From Hyaloraphidium curvatum SAG 235-1 (lineage: Eukaryota; Fungi; Monoblepharomycota): a stretch of DNA of 64,000 bases. The stretch spans positions 248,001 through 312,000 of the forward strand of contig JAIVFI010000023.1 of NCBI GenBank assembly GCA_025558095.1, written 5' to 3'. A program made the position numbers and the translations under genes. The notes below the pieces were generated by a model. That model worked only from the letters and a program-made list of their open reading frames with translations. It ran no database searches and was not told the origin of the DNA. This document shows, piece by piece, positions 13,461-24,134 of the stretch (its first letter is position 1; each line of letters opens with the position of its first letter).

Positions 13461-14252
13461 GAGCCCGGCGCGGGCGTCAGGTCCTCTTTGTGCTCCTGGC
13501 CCGCCGCCGCGGCCCGCAGCTTGGCCTTGTGCTCTCCCGGCAGCACGATCTTGCTCTGCGACCAGATACCCCGCTTCGCCACCCTGGCGAAACGTGTCAG
13601 AGCGCGACGGGGTGGAAGAGGGAGAAGATGCCTACTTTGCTGCTTCCTCCGCGGCGAGAAGTTGTTTTTCCAAAGAGCCATACTGAGCGCCACCCTGTTT
13701 GTACACGACCGCAAGCCCCTGCTGCACCATCTCCAGGTTGATGTTCCGCCGGCGGAACCCCGTCCAATCTCGCGTCGAGACCATGCCAACAATCCTGCCG
13801 TACTGATCCTTGCTTAGGGGCTGGACCTCGACGTCCTTGCCCACGACGGCCTTTTCGAGGAAGCGCCGGGCCTCTTTGTAGAAGGGCTGCTCGGTTGCTC
13901 CGAATGCGGCTCCTTCGGGGGCGTCCACGCCCGCCAGGCGCACGTTGATCGTTCCGCCCTTGAGATCGACCTTGTCCAAGCTCCGCGGCCGCCTCCGGAA
14001 GGCTGGTACGTGGTACAGCCTCAACCCGTCCGCGTCCCCGACGCGAACAGCGACGCCGTACAAGGGCCGCTTCTTCGCAGCCATCTTCTTGACCGTGTCC
14101 TGGGTCAAGTGCTCGTGCGTCGGATACCGCGAGAATCCTTTGCGGAACGCCCCGCGGCCGTAGATGACGGCTGCTGCGGAAGCGATGCCGACAAAGCCCA
14201 GGAAGTACGCAAAATCGATATCGTCCTCCGTCCAGGTCGACGTCTTCCCCAT
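13412..14252 (-). CDS. LCL3: Staphylococcal-nuclease-family endonuclease LCL3, 2 exons
   Basis: N-terminal TM segment; VRVGDADGLRLYH, VRLAGVDAPE, DQYGRIVG, NINLEMVQQGLAVVY, AKRGIWS. Confidence 0.88.
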
Positions 14253-14518
14253 TCTGATCCGTGGACGAAGTCCCGTGCCGGGGTTCCAGATGACCGGGCA
14301 GCAACCGGGCAGAGAGGAATCCCGTTGTTCCGGCGCTCGAGCCCGGTTCCAACTCCGGCAAAGTGGTGCTGCTCCGCGACCTGCTTCCCCGACGGATAGA
14401 AGAACGGAGGGATGACGGCGCGAAGGGATTCCCCAATTTCACAGGCGGCGTCGGTTAGGGCACATCCCCGGACATTGCTCATTGATCGCCTCCCTGCCCC
14501 GACTCCCCCCGGTCCGCC

Positions 14519-15685
14519 ATGCCGTTCGGCGGGTCGCCCGGGCTGCGCACCGTCAGCGCCGCCGAGCTCGCGGCGCACCGCACGCCGCGGTCGCTGTGGG
14601 CGGTGTTCCGCGGCCGTGTTTTCGACCTGACTGCGTTCCTCGCGGATCACCCCGGCGGGCCCGACTTCATCGTCGATGCCGTGCGCGAGTGCGGCGGCGA
14701 CGTCGGCCCGCGCATGCTGGACCCGCTGCTGCACGCGCACTCGGACTCGGCCTTCGAGATGCTGGAGGGCATGTGCATCGGCGTGCTCGAGGGCGCCGAC
14801 GGCGCGAAGGGCGCCCCGCCCGCCAAGGTCCCGGCGCCGAACGCCGATTTCGACGCCCCGGAGGTTGCCCTGCGCGAGACGGCGCCGCAGCTCGGCGTGG
14901 CCTCGGCCAAGTTCGTCGACCCGGCCAAGCCCATGCTGGCGCAGGTCTTCTTCGGCAACTACTCCAAGCGCTTCTACCTTGAGCAGGTGCACATCCCGCG
15001 CCACGTCAAGGGCTCGGCGCCCATCTTCGGCAACTTCCTCGAGGCGCTGACCAAGACGCCGTGGTGGATTGTGCCCCTGGTCTGGCTGCCGTTCGGCCAG
15101 GCCCACACGGCCTACGCCGCCTGGCGCGGCCTGTCGCTGGCCGAGCTGGTCGTGTCGTGGTGCCTGGGGCTTGTCGTGTGGACCGTGATCGAGTACTCGC
15201 TGCACCGATGGCTGTTCCACATCGACCGCTTCCTCCCGGACAACCGGTACTTTTTGACCCTGCACTTCCTGATGCACGGCATCCACCACTTTCTGCCAAT
15301 GGACAAGTGGGTTTCGCGCCCCTTGGGGCCCTACGGGGCGCGTTGGAGCCGGTGGCTAACGCCGATCCTTGTTCGCAGGCAGCGCCTCGTCATGCCCCCG
15401 GCGCTCTTCACCATCCTCATGATCCCCATCTACAAACTCTTCCTCCTCGTGTTCCTCGAAACCCCGCTCGAGGCCCACGGCTACGCCGTCGGCGGGGGCA
15501 CGCTGTTTGGCTACGTGCTGTACGACTGCATGCACTACTACCTCCACCACGGCCGGGTTTGGGGGGCGTACGCGCGGGAGATGAAGGGGTACCACCTCGA
15601 CCACCACTACAAGCAGGCGGAGCGGGGGTTCGGGATCACGAGCAAGGTGTGGGACTGGGTCTGGGGTACCGGGTTCACCATCTGA
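14519..15685 (+). CDS. SCS7: Sphingolipid fatty acid 2-hydroxylase with N-terminal cytochrome b5 domain
   Basis: Cytochrome b5 FLADHPGG..HSDSA; EQVHIPRH; His boxes EYSLHRWLFH, HGIHH, HYYLHH, HLDHHY; probable in-frame intron near 15308-15378. Confidence 0.93.
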   Translation: MPFGGSPGLRTVSAAELAAHRTPRSLWAVFRGRVFDLTAFLADHPGGPDFIVDAVRECGGDVGPRMLDPLLHAHSDSAFEMLEGMCIGVLEGADGAKGAPPAKVPAPNADFDAPEVALRETAPQLGVASAKFVDPAKPMLAQVFFGNYSKRFYLEQVHIPRHVKGSAPIFGNFLEALTKTPWWIVPLVWLPFGQAHTAYAAWRGLSLAELVVSWCLGLVVWTVIEYSLHRWLFHIDRFLPDNRYFLTLHFLMHGIHHFLPMDKWVSRPLGPYGARWSRWLTPILVRRQRLVMPPALFTILMIPIYKLFLLVFLETPLEAHGYAVGGGTLFGYVLYDCMHYYLHHGRVWGAYAREMKGYHLDHHYKQAERGFGITSKVWDWVWGTGFTI

Positions 15686-15969
15686 GCGAAAAAGCGGGAG
15701 CGAACGGAAAATCTTAGAGCTGCTGAATTGTATAGACGGTGTACTGTCTACTGTTTCTAATCATGGCAATCTTTCTCTTGCCTTTGCCGCTGCGCGCTTG
15801 GCGGGGTCGCCCCGCCGTTTCGGCGGGAGGGGGAAAAGGACCGCATCAACCACTCGGCTCGGCCAGCCGCCTTAATCCCCATTCCATGCCATCAGTCCGT
15901 AAGTATCTACACAGAGCGACTGCCTCTGGCGCCCCGAGCCCATGTTCAAGCCCACCACACGCCTCCCCG

Positions 15970-17377
15970 CCGATGCACAGCTTGCCCTCGACGAAATCGG
16001 CTCGTACAGCGTAGCCAACGGGATGAAGCCCAACGTTGGACCGCGGAAGACCACGGCGCTGGTCATCAACAAGCCCGAGGGGGAGACGAGGCGGTTGACG
16101 CTCCTCGATCAGGAGGTACCCGAGGTGACGGAACAGTCACCTGGGAAAGCGAACCCGCGAACACGACGCGACGTTGACTGACCTACAGGCACGGCATGGC
16201 CGACTGATGCAGGCGTCGCGCGATTTCGCCGGGCTCTACAACGATCACCGAATTCTCCCGACCAAGATCGGCTTGTTGCTTTACCGGAGCGCGGTAACGG
16301 CTACTGGCACGTACGGCGCGGCGCTCACGGTCCAACTCCCGATAGATCCCTCCTCCTTCCTGGACGCCACCCCCACCTCCGTCAACGGCGTCCACGTCGC
16401 CAGTCTGCGGCGCTACCTCGGCCTCCCGTCGGTGGTATCGGCGGCGATCGTCTTCGGTCTGACCGGGGAGATGCCGATTGTGGTCACCGACCACATTGCG
16501 GCACTGGGGTTTTACGGGCACGTGATGAGGGTGGAGCGGGGGGACCCGGTCCGCGTGGTTTTCGAGGAGGAGCGGCGGGCGTTCGAGGAGGGGGAGACGG
16601 GGAACTTCGCGGCCTACACCCACGCCTTGCTGAAGTACTACGGCGGGCTGGAGCACTGGGCGGCGAGGACGTGCTAGAAGCAGCAGGAGGTGCGGATGAT
16701 CGTGCAGGCGTCTTTCGTGGCCAAAGTGCTGCGCCCTGCGCTTCTGAAGCATGGGAAGCTGGACTTTTGGCGCTGGCTACAGCTGGAGGACTCGGAGTGG
16801 ATCTTTGGCCGGCACCCGGTGCTGGATCTCGTGCATCGTACACAGCGGACAGCGATGCTGCGGCTCCTCACGAGCACTCATTGCCTCCGCGCGGAGACTG
16901 GCCGGCGCGAACGCAACCTCGACGGCTCCGCGGTGCCGCGCTACCAGCGGGTGTGCAATTGTGGATGGAGGATTGGTGGCACGGATGAGCATGCCGTGGA
17001 TGACGAGCTGCACCTGCTCTTCGAGTGCACGCACGTGGCTGCTTCGCGGGCGGTGCTCGTCGACCGCCTAGCGACGGTTGGGCGCACTTGGTCGCCCGCC
17101 TTGTTCAAGACGACGTGGCAGGACCCTTCGACAATGCTGGAGGATGAGCGCCTGCCCCCCCGGACTCGGAAATGGGTAGCGTCCTTCGTGGCTTCGGCCT
17201 TGAAGGTGCGCGAGAAGAAGACCGATCCGGAGCTCTGAAACGCCAAGCGGCGATGGCGAAATGGATTTGACGGAAAGGAATTGACGGCGGACACAGCGCT
17301 TTGGCGCGATAACCTAGTGGCATCGATCTACCTCGTGTATTGCGACGCCGACGGAAAATACCAGACCAGACCAGACC
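15970..17377 (+). mobile_element. 5'-truncated, degenerate non-LTR retrotransposon (LINE ORF2 C-terminal half)
   Basis: RT subdomain 6-7-like QLALDEIGSYSVANGMKPN..KT..EVTEQ/HLG with a frameshift near 16137. Also LLLYRSAV..GTYGA, LRRYLGL, an in-frame TAG at 16675, and the LINE C-terminal motif RLLTSTHCLRAETGR..PRYQRVCNC..DDELHLLFEC. 3' (CCAGA)3 tail at 17361-17375; candidate TSD cctccccg at 15962-15969 and 17376-17383. Confidence 0.85.
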
Positions 17378-17412
17378 TCCCCGTCCCTCCATCACCGCTC
17401 CCTGTCACCCGG

Positions 17413-17967
17413 TCACCGCTCGTCATCCCCCGTGCCCTGAACCGGCCGCTTCACGACGAAAAAGTCCCGATCCAACTTCGATGCGTGCCTTAGGAGGTCC
17501 GTGCCCGCGTGCTCCCTGCGCGGCGGCGCGTCGGCCAGCGGCTCGCCCTTCCAGTCCTTCTTCGGTCCGCCCCCGTCCTCCTCGTCGTCGCGCAGCCACG
17601 CGCCCTCCGCGTTGCGGCCCTCGCGCGCGAACGACACCAGCGGCTCGACGCCTCCGACGTCCGCGCCGCGCACCGAGCCGACCAGCCGCGCCAGCGCGTC
17701 GAACTCCCTCGCCAGCCGCGGCAGCTGGTCGCGCGGCACGGCGATGCCGGCGAGCTGCGCGAGGTGCGCGACGTGGTCGGCGTCGGGCGCGCGCCGCGCG
17801 TCGTCGGGCGGCAGGAAGTGCGCCGCGATGCTCCACGTCGGCGCGGGCCCGAGCGCCGCGTGCAGCCCCGCCGGCGGTCGCGGGCCCCGCCGACCCCCCG
17901 AGCCCGGAGGGGCCGCTAAGCCCGACACGCCGCGGGCTCCGCGCAGGCGGCACGCGCCCCGGATCAT
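17413..17967 (-). CDS. Mitochondrial glutamyl-tRNA(Gln) amidotransferase subunit C (GatC-like)
   Basis: Arg-rich presequence MIRGACRLRGARG; PTWSI, HVAHLAQLAGI, VRGADVGGVEPLVS, LRDDE, LLRHASKLDRDFFVV. Confidence 0.75.
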   Translation of the reverse strand: MIRGACRLRGARGVSGLAAPPGSGGRRGPRPPAGLHAALGPAPTWSIAAHFLPPDDARRAPDADHVAHLAQLAGIAVPRDQLPRLAREFDALARLVGSVRGADVGGVEPLVSFAREGRNAEGAWLRDDEEDGGGPKKDWKGEPLADAPPRREHAGTDLLRHASKLDRDFFVVKRPVQGTGDDER

Positions 17968-18038
17968 TGGCAGTTGGTCCAGGAGTGGATGTGATCGAGT
18001 CTTCGCGCCTCCGATCATTCCCTCGCACTCACACCGAA

Positions 18039-19032
18039 ATGCGGCATGTGGCGGCCGGCTTGGCCGCCGCTGCGGGCGCGTTGTACCTCGCAGCTTTGTA
18101 CGGAGCGCATCGCTTTCAGAGGGAGACGGCCGAGCTGGTGGAAAGGCTCCTTTCCGACTCTGCCGAAGCCGGAGATTCGGGGCACAACGACACGGAGAAG
18201 GATCTCCCGCCCGCCGTGGCAGAGTACCTGGCCAAGGCTGTCCCCGCATCGTCGACGTCGGCCCCGAGCTATGCCCGGATTTGGCAGCGGGGGCTCATAG
18301 CCTTGGCCCCGTCGTGGGCGTCCTTCGAGACTTGCAAGGTCGTCGCCCTGCTGCCGGGGCTGCGGAGAGGCTACGTTTGGACCTGCGTTCTGACGATGGG
18401 GGGCTTCATCAAGATTTGCATTCGCGATTCTTTGGTAAGTGGGGTCTCTCGCTGTGCGGTAGCACCGAATGACGTCCGTTGCGCTGATAGGTGAACGGGA
18501 AAGGCGAGAGCACGGGCAGCATATTGTAAGCGGCTCGCCGGTTGCTTGGGAGCTCCGTCTCACAATGCGCAACGCCAGCGGGCTGTTCTCCCTCGGCCGG
18601 ACCTACGCGACCCCGGAAGTAACCCGCTCCTCCCTCCTGCGCTACCTGGGCGAGGGGGTGTGGTCGCCGCAGGTCTACCTCCCCTCGAACGGCGCTGCCT
18701 GGGAGCCCTCGGGCGAGATCGAGGGCAAACCCGCGTACAAGGTTTCCATCCGCGATCCGACCTGCTCGACAGCGGCCGAGGCCCTCCTCACCTTCCACGC
18801 CGAGACCGGGATGCCGGAGCACTTGCTTATGCGGGACCGGCCTCGGCTCGAGGGCAAGGCGATGGTTCCGAGGGACATGGGCGCCCTGTGCTGGGAGCCG
18901 CGGGATTTTGGCGGCGTCGCGATCCCGGCCCGGCAGGAGGCGTGGTGGGTCGTGGACGGGAGGAAGGAGGTGATGTGGAAGGCGGAGATCTTTGGCATCG
19001 ACTGGGACTTTCGGTCTGGGGGCGGCAAGTAG
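18039..19032 (+). CDS. DUF6544/DUF6920-like membrane-anchored protein, 3 exons
   Basis: N-terminal TM segment; LPPAVAEYL..IWQRG..WASF..GYVW; spliced DSLVNGKGESTGSIFGLF..PEVTRSSLLRYLGEGVWSP..WEP, resembling the prokaryotic DUF6544 pattern. Introns near 18435-18490 and 18526-18578. Confidence 0.65.
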
Positions 19033-20573
19033 CCTCTTGACACGGCGACCACGAAGGGCCCCGGGAGCGGGGATTGGCGTGACTGTACTACAGACAGAAG
19101 CTAAGTCACCGGTAAACAAGTCCATGGAGAGCTCAAAGGATTAAAAGAACAGATTCATTCGCTTGATGTTTGAAGTTCTGGTCCCGCAGAAGGCATGGCC
19201 GCAGCGTTTCGCTGCTCAAGGATGCAACAGGCCAACAAAATGCCCGACCGAGGCCCAGAGCACGTGGTTCCGCGTCTTCCAAAGCAGCAGAATGAACGTA
19301 GGCCGCCGTTTTCGGGCCGCCGCGCGAGAATTCGCCGGTCCCGTAAGCGACCTCCTCCGTAGGAGCTTTACCAGCCCGGCTAGCCAAACACACCGTCGCC
19401 CTCCGGCTCTTGGTCCGGTGGCGGGCTGCCCCGGCGTCGGCCGCCTGCGCCGGGCTGCGGGGGTCGAAGGGCCCGACGCTACGCGTGTGGGAGCGGTGAG
19501 AGCGGGTCCGCCGGGTTCCGGAGAGCTGCGGCGCGCCGGGGGAGCCGAAACGGCGGCCGCCGTGCGCAGCCGCGTGGAAACAAACGCCAACGACCGTGGG
19601 AGCCTCCCTGCTTGTGCAATCCGATCTCGGTGGAGCCGGGATGGTGCCGCGCACGCCCGGTACCAGGATTCGAGCGGGCGCACGGTTTGCCGCTGGGCCG
19701 CCCGCGGCGCGCTCGGAGGCGATATCTCGCAGCCAGTGAATGCCGCCAAAAATGGAGCGAGGGGAATATTTGCCGCGGCAGACGAGTTCCACGGTGCGGG
19801 GATGCAGGGAGCGGTGACGGTGCGCTCTGCGGGCAGGAGCCGGGAGATTCGGCCCCAGCCGTCCATGGGCTTTCGAGTCATGGTCATGGTCGGCGAAGTC
19901 GGCGGGAGCCGAGCTGGGGCTCTGCGGCGCGATGTTGAAAAAAGTGGGGTGCACCGGGAAGCGGGTTTGGAACTTCGGACGCGCGGTTTCCGGCACCTGC
20001 GCCGCCGCCGCCGCGGAGCGCGTCGCGGGAGCGCTGCGTCAGCGGTGGGTGCCGGTGCTCCCGGGCCCGCAACGGGGCGGGTGCCCGCGGGGTGATTGCA
20101 GCAAACAATGGAGGTGCCTTGGCTGTGCCGGAACGCGATTTTCAAAGTCGCCGCCGGGCCTCGCCACCCCGCGGAGTAATGAGGTACCGGCCTCGGCGTG
20201 CTGCCTGCGCGGCGCGGCGGCGATCGGCCGGGAGGGAGCGCGGGGACGGGGACCCGGCCGGTGCGCTCCCGCTCTCGGGCTGCGCGCCGCCCCGCACCCT
20301 CCGCCCCGCGCCGCGGCCCCGCCGGCCGCTGCGGAGCATTTTTCGGCACCTCCTCCTGCGCGCGGCGGCCCTCCCGACCGCGCGCGGCCGCTCTACGGGC
20401 CCGGAACGGACGGGCGGCTGCGAGCCGTGCGGAACCCGGACGGATATTTAACGAGGGCGTCTGGCGGCGTCTGAGCCCCCACCGCGAACTCCAACCCGAG
20501 TGCCCAACAGCACATCGAAGTCACGAGTGACCGGTTTCTGCCCCCGCCAACACCTGCACACACCTCGATCGTT

Positions 20574-21614
20574 ATGGCCCCCGGTGGTCTGCGCCCGCCG
20601 CTCCTCGCCCTCGCGGTGCTAGCGCCAGTGTTTGGCCTGCCCGCGGCGGTCGCGGAGCAGCTGTCGCGGTTCCTCCGGACCTACGTCCTGGTGCTCATGC
20701 TCGCTGTTGGAAAGATGCAGAAAGCACGGCTCATCGCCGCGCTGCCTGCGGCCCGAGGGTTCGGCGTGCGGGGGCGCAGGGTGGTGGGGCCCCGGCCCTA
20801 CCCCCTCGCCGTCGCGCCCAAGCCCGACGGCACGCCGGACGATACCCGAACGCTGAGCCCTTGCGAATCTGTCCTCACGCTTGTGCCCTTCGGTGCTGAC
20901 GATGCGTCCCCTGCAGAGCCTGCCGCCGCCGCCGAGCCCCCCTCCCCGGTCGAGACTCTGTTCACCGAGGCGACCCCTTCCGCCCCTGTGCTCGACGCAG
21001 GCAAGCCCGTGCCCCAGCTCTCCGACCGCGACCGCCGCATCCTGGTGGCCGAGGCCGAGGACAGGGTGCGGGCTTTCGCCATTGCCGAGCGCAGGCGGCT
21101 GGAGGGCGACCCGAGGTGGCGGGTCCTCTCCGTCGACCCCGAGCACCGCCTGACCTTCGACGACCTCCGGTCGCTCGCGGCCGAGGACCAGCTCCTCATG
21201 GAGTTTGGCCTCTGGGAGGCGGTGCCGGAGTTCGACGACTGGGACCGGGACACGCTCGACCGTCGGGCCTTTGGGTCCATGTGCGACGACGCTGCGGTCA
21301 TCATCGAGCGCCGGAAGCGGGAGCAGGACCCGAGGATGACGTGGTGGGCCGTGCCCGCCGGGCTGGCCGAGGAGCTCGCCAACGAGGACTTCATCCTGGA
21401 CCACACAGGTATGGGGGACCCGTGGGCGCCCGCTAACCGCGAGCCCGTCTACAGGACGGGCGAGCCCCAACCCGACCCCGAGGCAGCCGCGATCCGCGGC
21501 CACTTCGAGTCGAGGTCGGGGCGCCGCGGGCGGCCAATCGAGGCGGTCAAGGCCAAGCTCGGGCGGGCCAAGGCCAAGGTCCAGGGCTGGGCGCGGGGGC
21601 TGAGGCGGAACTAG
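20574..21614 (+). CDS. Hypothetical protein, intronless, with hydrophobic N-terminus and an internal two-copy repeat
   Basis: 346-aa ORF with strong GC3 codon bias; repeat units IAERRRLEGDPRW..LAAEDQLLMEFG and IIERRKREQDPRM..LANEDFILDHTG. Confidence 0.6.
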   Translation: MAPGGLRPPLLALAVLAPVFGLPAAVAEQLSRFLRTYVLVLMLAVGKMQKARLIAALPAARGFGVRGRRVVGPRPYPLAVAPKPDGTPDDTRTLSPCESVLTLVPFGADDASPAEPAAAAEPPSPVETLFTEATPSAPVLDAGKPVPQLSDRDRRILVAEAEDRVRAFAIAERRRLEGDPRWRVLSVDPEHRLTFDDLRSLAAEDQLLMEFGLWEAVPEFDDWDRDTLDRRAFGSMCDDAAVIIERRKREQDPRMTWWAVPAGLAEELANEDFILDHTGMGDPWAPANREPVYRTGEPQPDPEAAAIRGHFESRSGRRGRPIEAVKAKLGRAKAKVQGWARGLRRN

Positions 21615-21936
21615 AGGCAGGAGCGGGGCTGCGGCACGGTAGCAGTAGCACTTTGTCATATGATCATTATAGACTTGCTTTACCTCACACATCCGATTTG
21701 CATGCTTATCATTGAGATGGTCCCGGTCCCCATTGTCGTCCTTGTCCAATACGTTGGCAGATTTCAGATCGGCGCATGAAGCTGATGCTCGGAGTCTGCT
21801 CGGCTGGCGCTGGTGATTGATTCGAAAGTTTGGCTCTGAGGACAGGACGCCTTGGCGACCACTCCGAATTGGCCCCCCGCCGCGGCCCAAGCGTTCTTCT
21901 TCCAGGGCAGCTGCCTCCTGGCATTGCCAAGCCAAG

Positions 21937-24043
21937 ATGGACGCGTACGAGCCGCTGGAAGTCATCGGCTCAGGTCCGCCCGCGCGCCGCACCGGGCCGG
22001 CGACAGGGCTGACGCGCCGCGGGCAGGCTCCTTCGGCATGATCAGGAAAATCAGGCGCAAATCCGACGGGAAGGTGCTCGCGAGGAAGGAGATTGACTAC
22101 CGGAAGATGAGCGACCGCGAGAAGCGGCAGCTGGTGGCCGAGGTAGCTCTGCTCGGCGACCCGTCGTTCGCGGTTACGAACACCTCGCAGGTGAACATTC
22201 TGCGCGAGCTCCGTCATCCGAACGTCGTTCGGTACTACGAGGTGGCTGCATTTTGAGCTCCTGAACCTTCTGCCATCTCATGTTGGGCTGCAGCGCTTCG
22301 TGGACCGGGAGAACTGCCTCATCTACATCGTGATGGAGTACTGCGAGGGAGGAGACCTTGCAGCCATCATCAAACGGTGCCGGAAAGAGGGGTGAATGGC
22401 CTGTCGCGTTGCGCCTGGATCCCATTGAGACATCTGCTCTGTCGCCGCTCCAGGCGGATGGTGCCGGAACACATCGTGTGGAATCTGTTCACGCAACTCG
22501 TGCTCGCCCTGCACGAATGTCACCATCCTACGCCCGGCAAAGACGGACACACACGGCAGGTCATCCTGCACAGGGACTTGAAGCCTGACAATGGTGGGTC
22601 CGACGACGTTCGACATTGGAAGCATGCGCTTACTTCTATCAACATCAGTGCTCCTCGACGCCGAGCAGAACGTCAAGCTGGGGGATTTTGGCCTTAGTAG
22701 AGTCATGGACAACCCGGAAACCGAGTTTGCCAAGACCTACGTTGGGTGCGTGTCTTTCGCGTGATGAGTTCTTTGGAACTTCATTGTTCATGCCTGCGTG
22801 CTTCAGTACCCCCTTCTACATGTCTCCGGAGCTGGTCACGGAAGCGCTCTACAATGCCAAATCGGACGTTTGGGCGCTCGGCTGCCTCATTTACGAGCTT
22901 TGCGCGCTGGAGTTTGTGTTCCCATTGTTTGGTCTCGGCGTCAACTAAATCGGCCTCCGCACAGGCCTCCGTTCCAGGCCAAGTCGCAGGCGGCACTGGC
23001 CGCGAAGATCCGCCAAGGCAAGGTTCCGGAGCTTCCGCGGCAGTACTCGAACGACCTGCGGGCGGCGATACGGGCTATGCTGCAAACAAACGTGGGAGGC
23101 TGTCAGGAGGCGGCATCATCGAAGTCTCTGACCTTTAGCTGCCAGCAACACAAGCGTCCTTCAACGGCGGAGCTCTTAAAGCTGGACCGAGTGCGGCTCG
23201 CTGTGAGGGAAAGGGAGCTTAACCAACTGTGTGTTGCACTTTGACTCGCGAACTTGCCCGAGCGCTGACCAAGTACATCGCAGGCATGCTGATCTGAAGC
23301 GGAAGGAGGCTGATCTCGCAAAGAGGGAGGAAGCATTATGCGCACGAGAGGCAAATGTGGCTGCACGGGAGAGAATGCTTGGTGGCGGACTCGGTACGCC
23401 TGCAGCATGTTGGTGGAAGTTCTCGTTTTCCCTACCCTGGCTCACTTGTCTACATCCTCACACAGCGGTGATGGACATTCCCGAAACTCCGCGGGAAAGC
23501 GCCTACCAGGCGTCACAGTCGTTCTCCGCTGCGTTCAGATCCTCAAGCAGCATCCAACCTGCGGATGCCGCCATGGCCGGTAGCGAGACTCCCGATCCGT
23601 TTGGTGTCTCGGGCATCGCCGGGGGGACTCCTGCTTCGACGGTCAACTCGACTCCGGCCGCTCGACTCTCCAAGGGAAGCAGCGATCTCGTGGACCAGAT
23701 GAGGTCGCCGGACCCCATCGACAGCGTCGTGCGCAAAGCCACCCCTTCGTCGGCATTTCTGGCGAAAGCCAAGGAGAACCGCGGGCTACACGGGGGCCGG
23801 CCGCTGGCAACGGGCAAGACGACCCCGGCGATGCCCAGCCCATTGAACCCTGCTCGCGCAAAGCCATCATCCGGCTTGGCTACCCCTGCATCCCGAGTTG
23901 GGCTTCGGACGCTCCCGCGGCACATGCAGCTGGCTTCGGCTGGTGGTTCGGCAGCGAGCTCAGCGGCCACGACACCGCTCTCGACGCTGGCGAAGCAGAT
24001 GACGCGGATGACGCTAGCAAGCCCGATGCAGATGTCTCCATGA
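21937..24043 (+). CDS. NimA/NEK2-family Ser/Thr kinase, multi-exon
   Basis: MDAYEPLEVIGSGSFG..RKEIDYRKMSDREKRQLVAEVNILRELRHPNVVRY, HRDLKPDN, KLGDFGL, GTPFYMSPE, SDVWALGC, then a coiled coil and Ser/Pro-rich tail. Confidence 0.93.
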
Positions 24044-24134
24044 TCTCCTGTCTTGTACCATTCTAGTTCTAGCATTCTATTTGTTCAAGAGATCCATCTG
24101 ACTGCTTCTCAGCAAAGAAGGTCACTTTCGTCAA

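Noticed and set aside
19133-20500. Overlapping 290-380 aa ORFs on both strands
   Set aside because: Low-complexity translations with no recognisable motif or consistent codon bias; a CDS cannot be supported.
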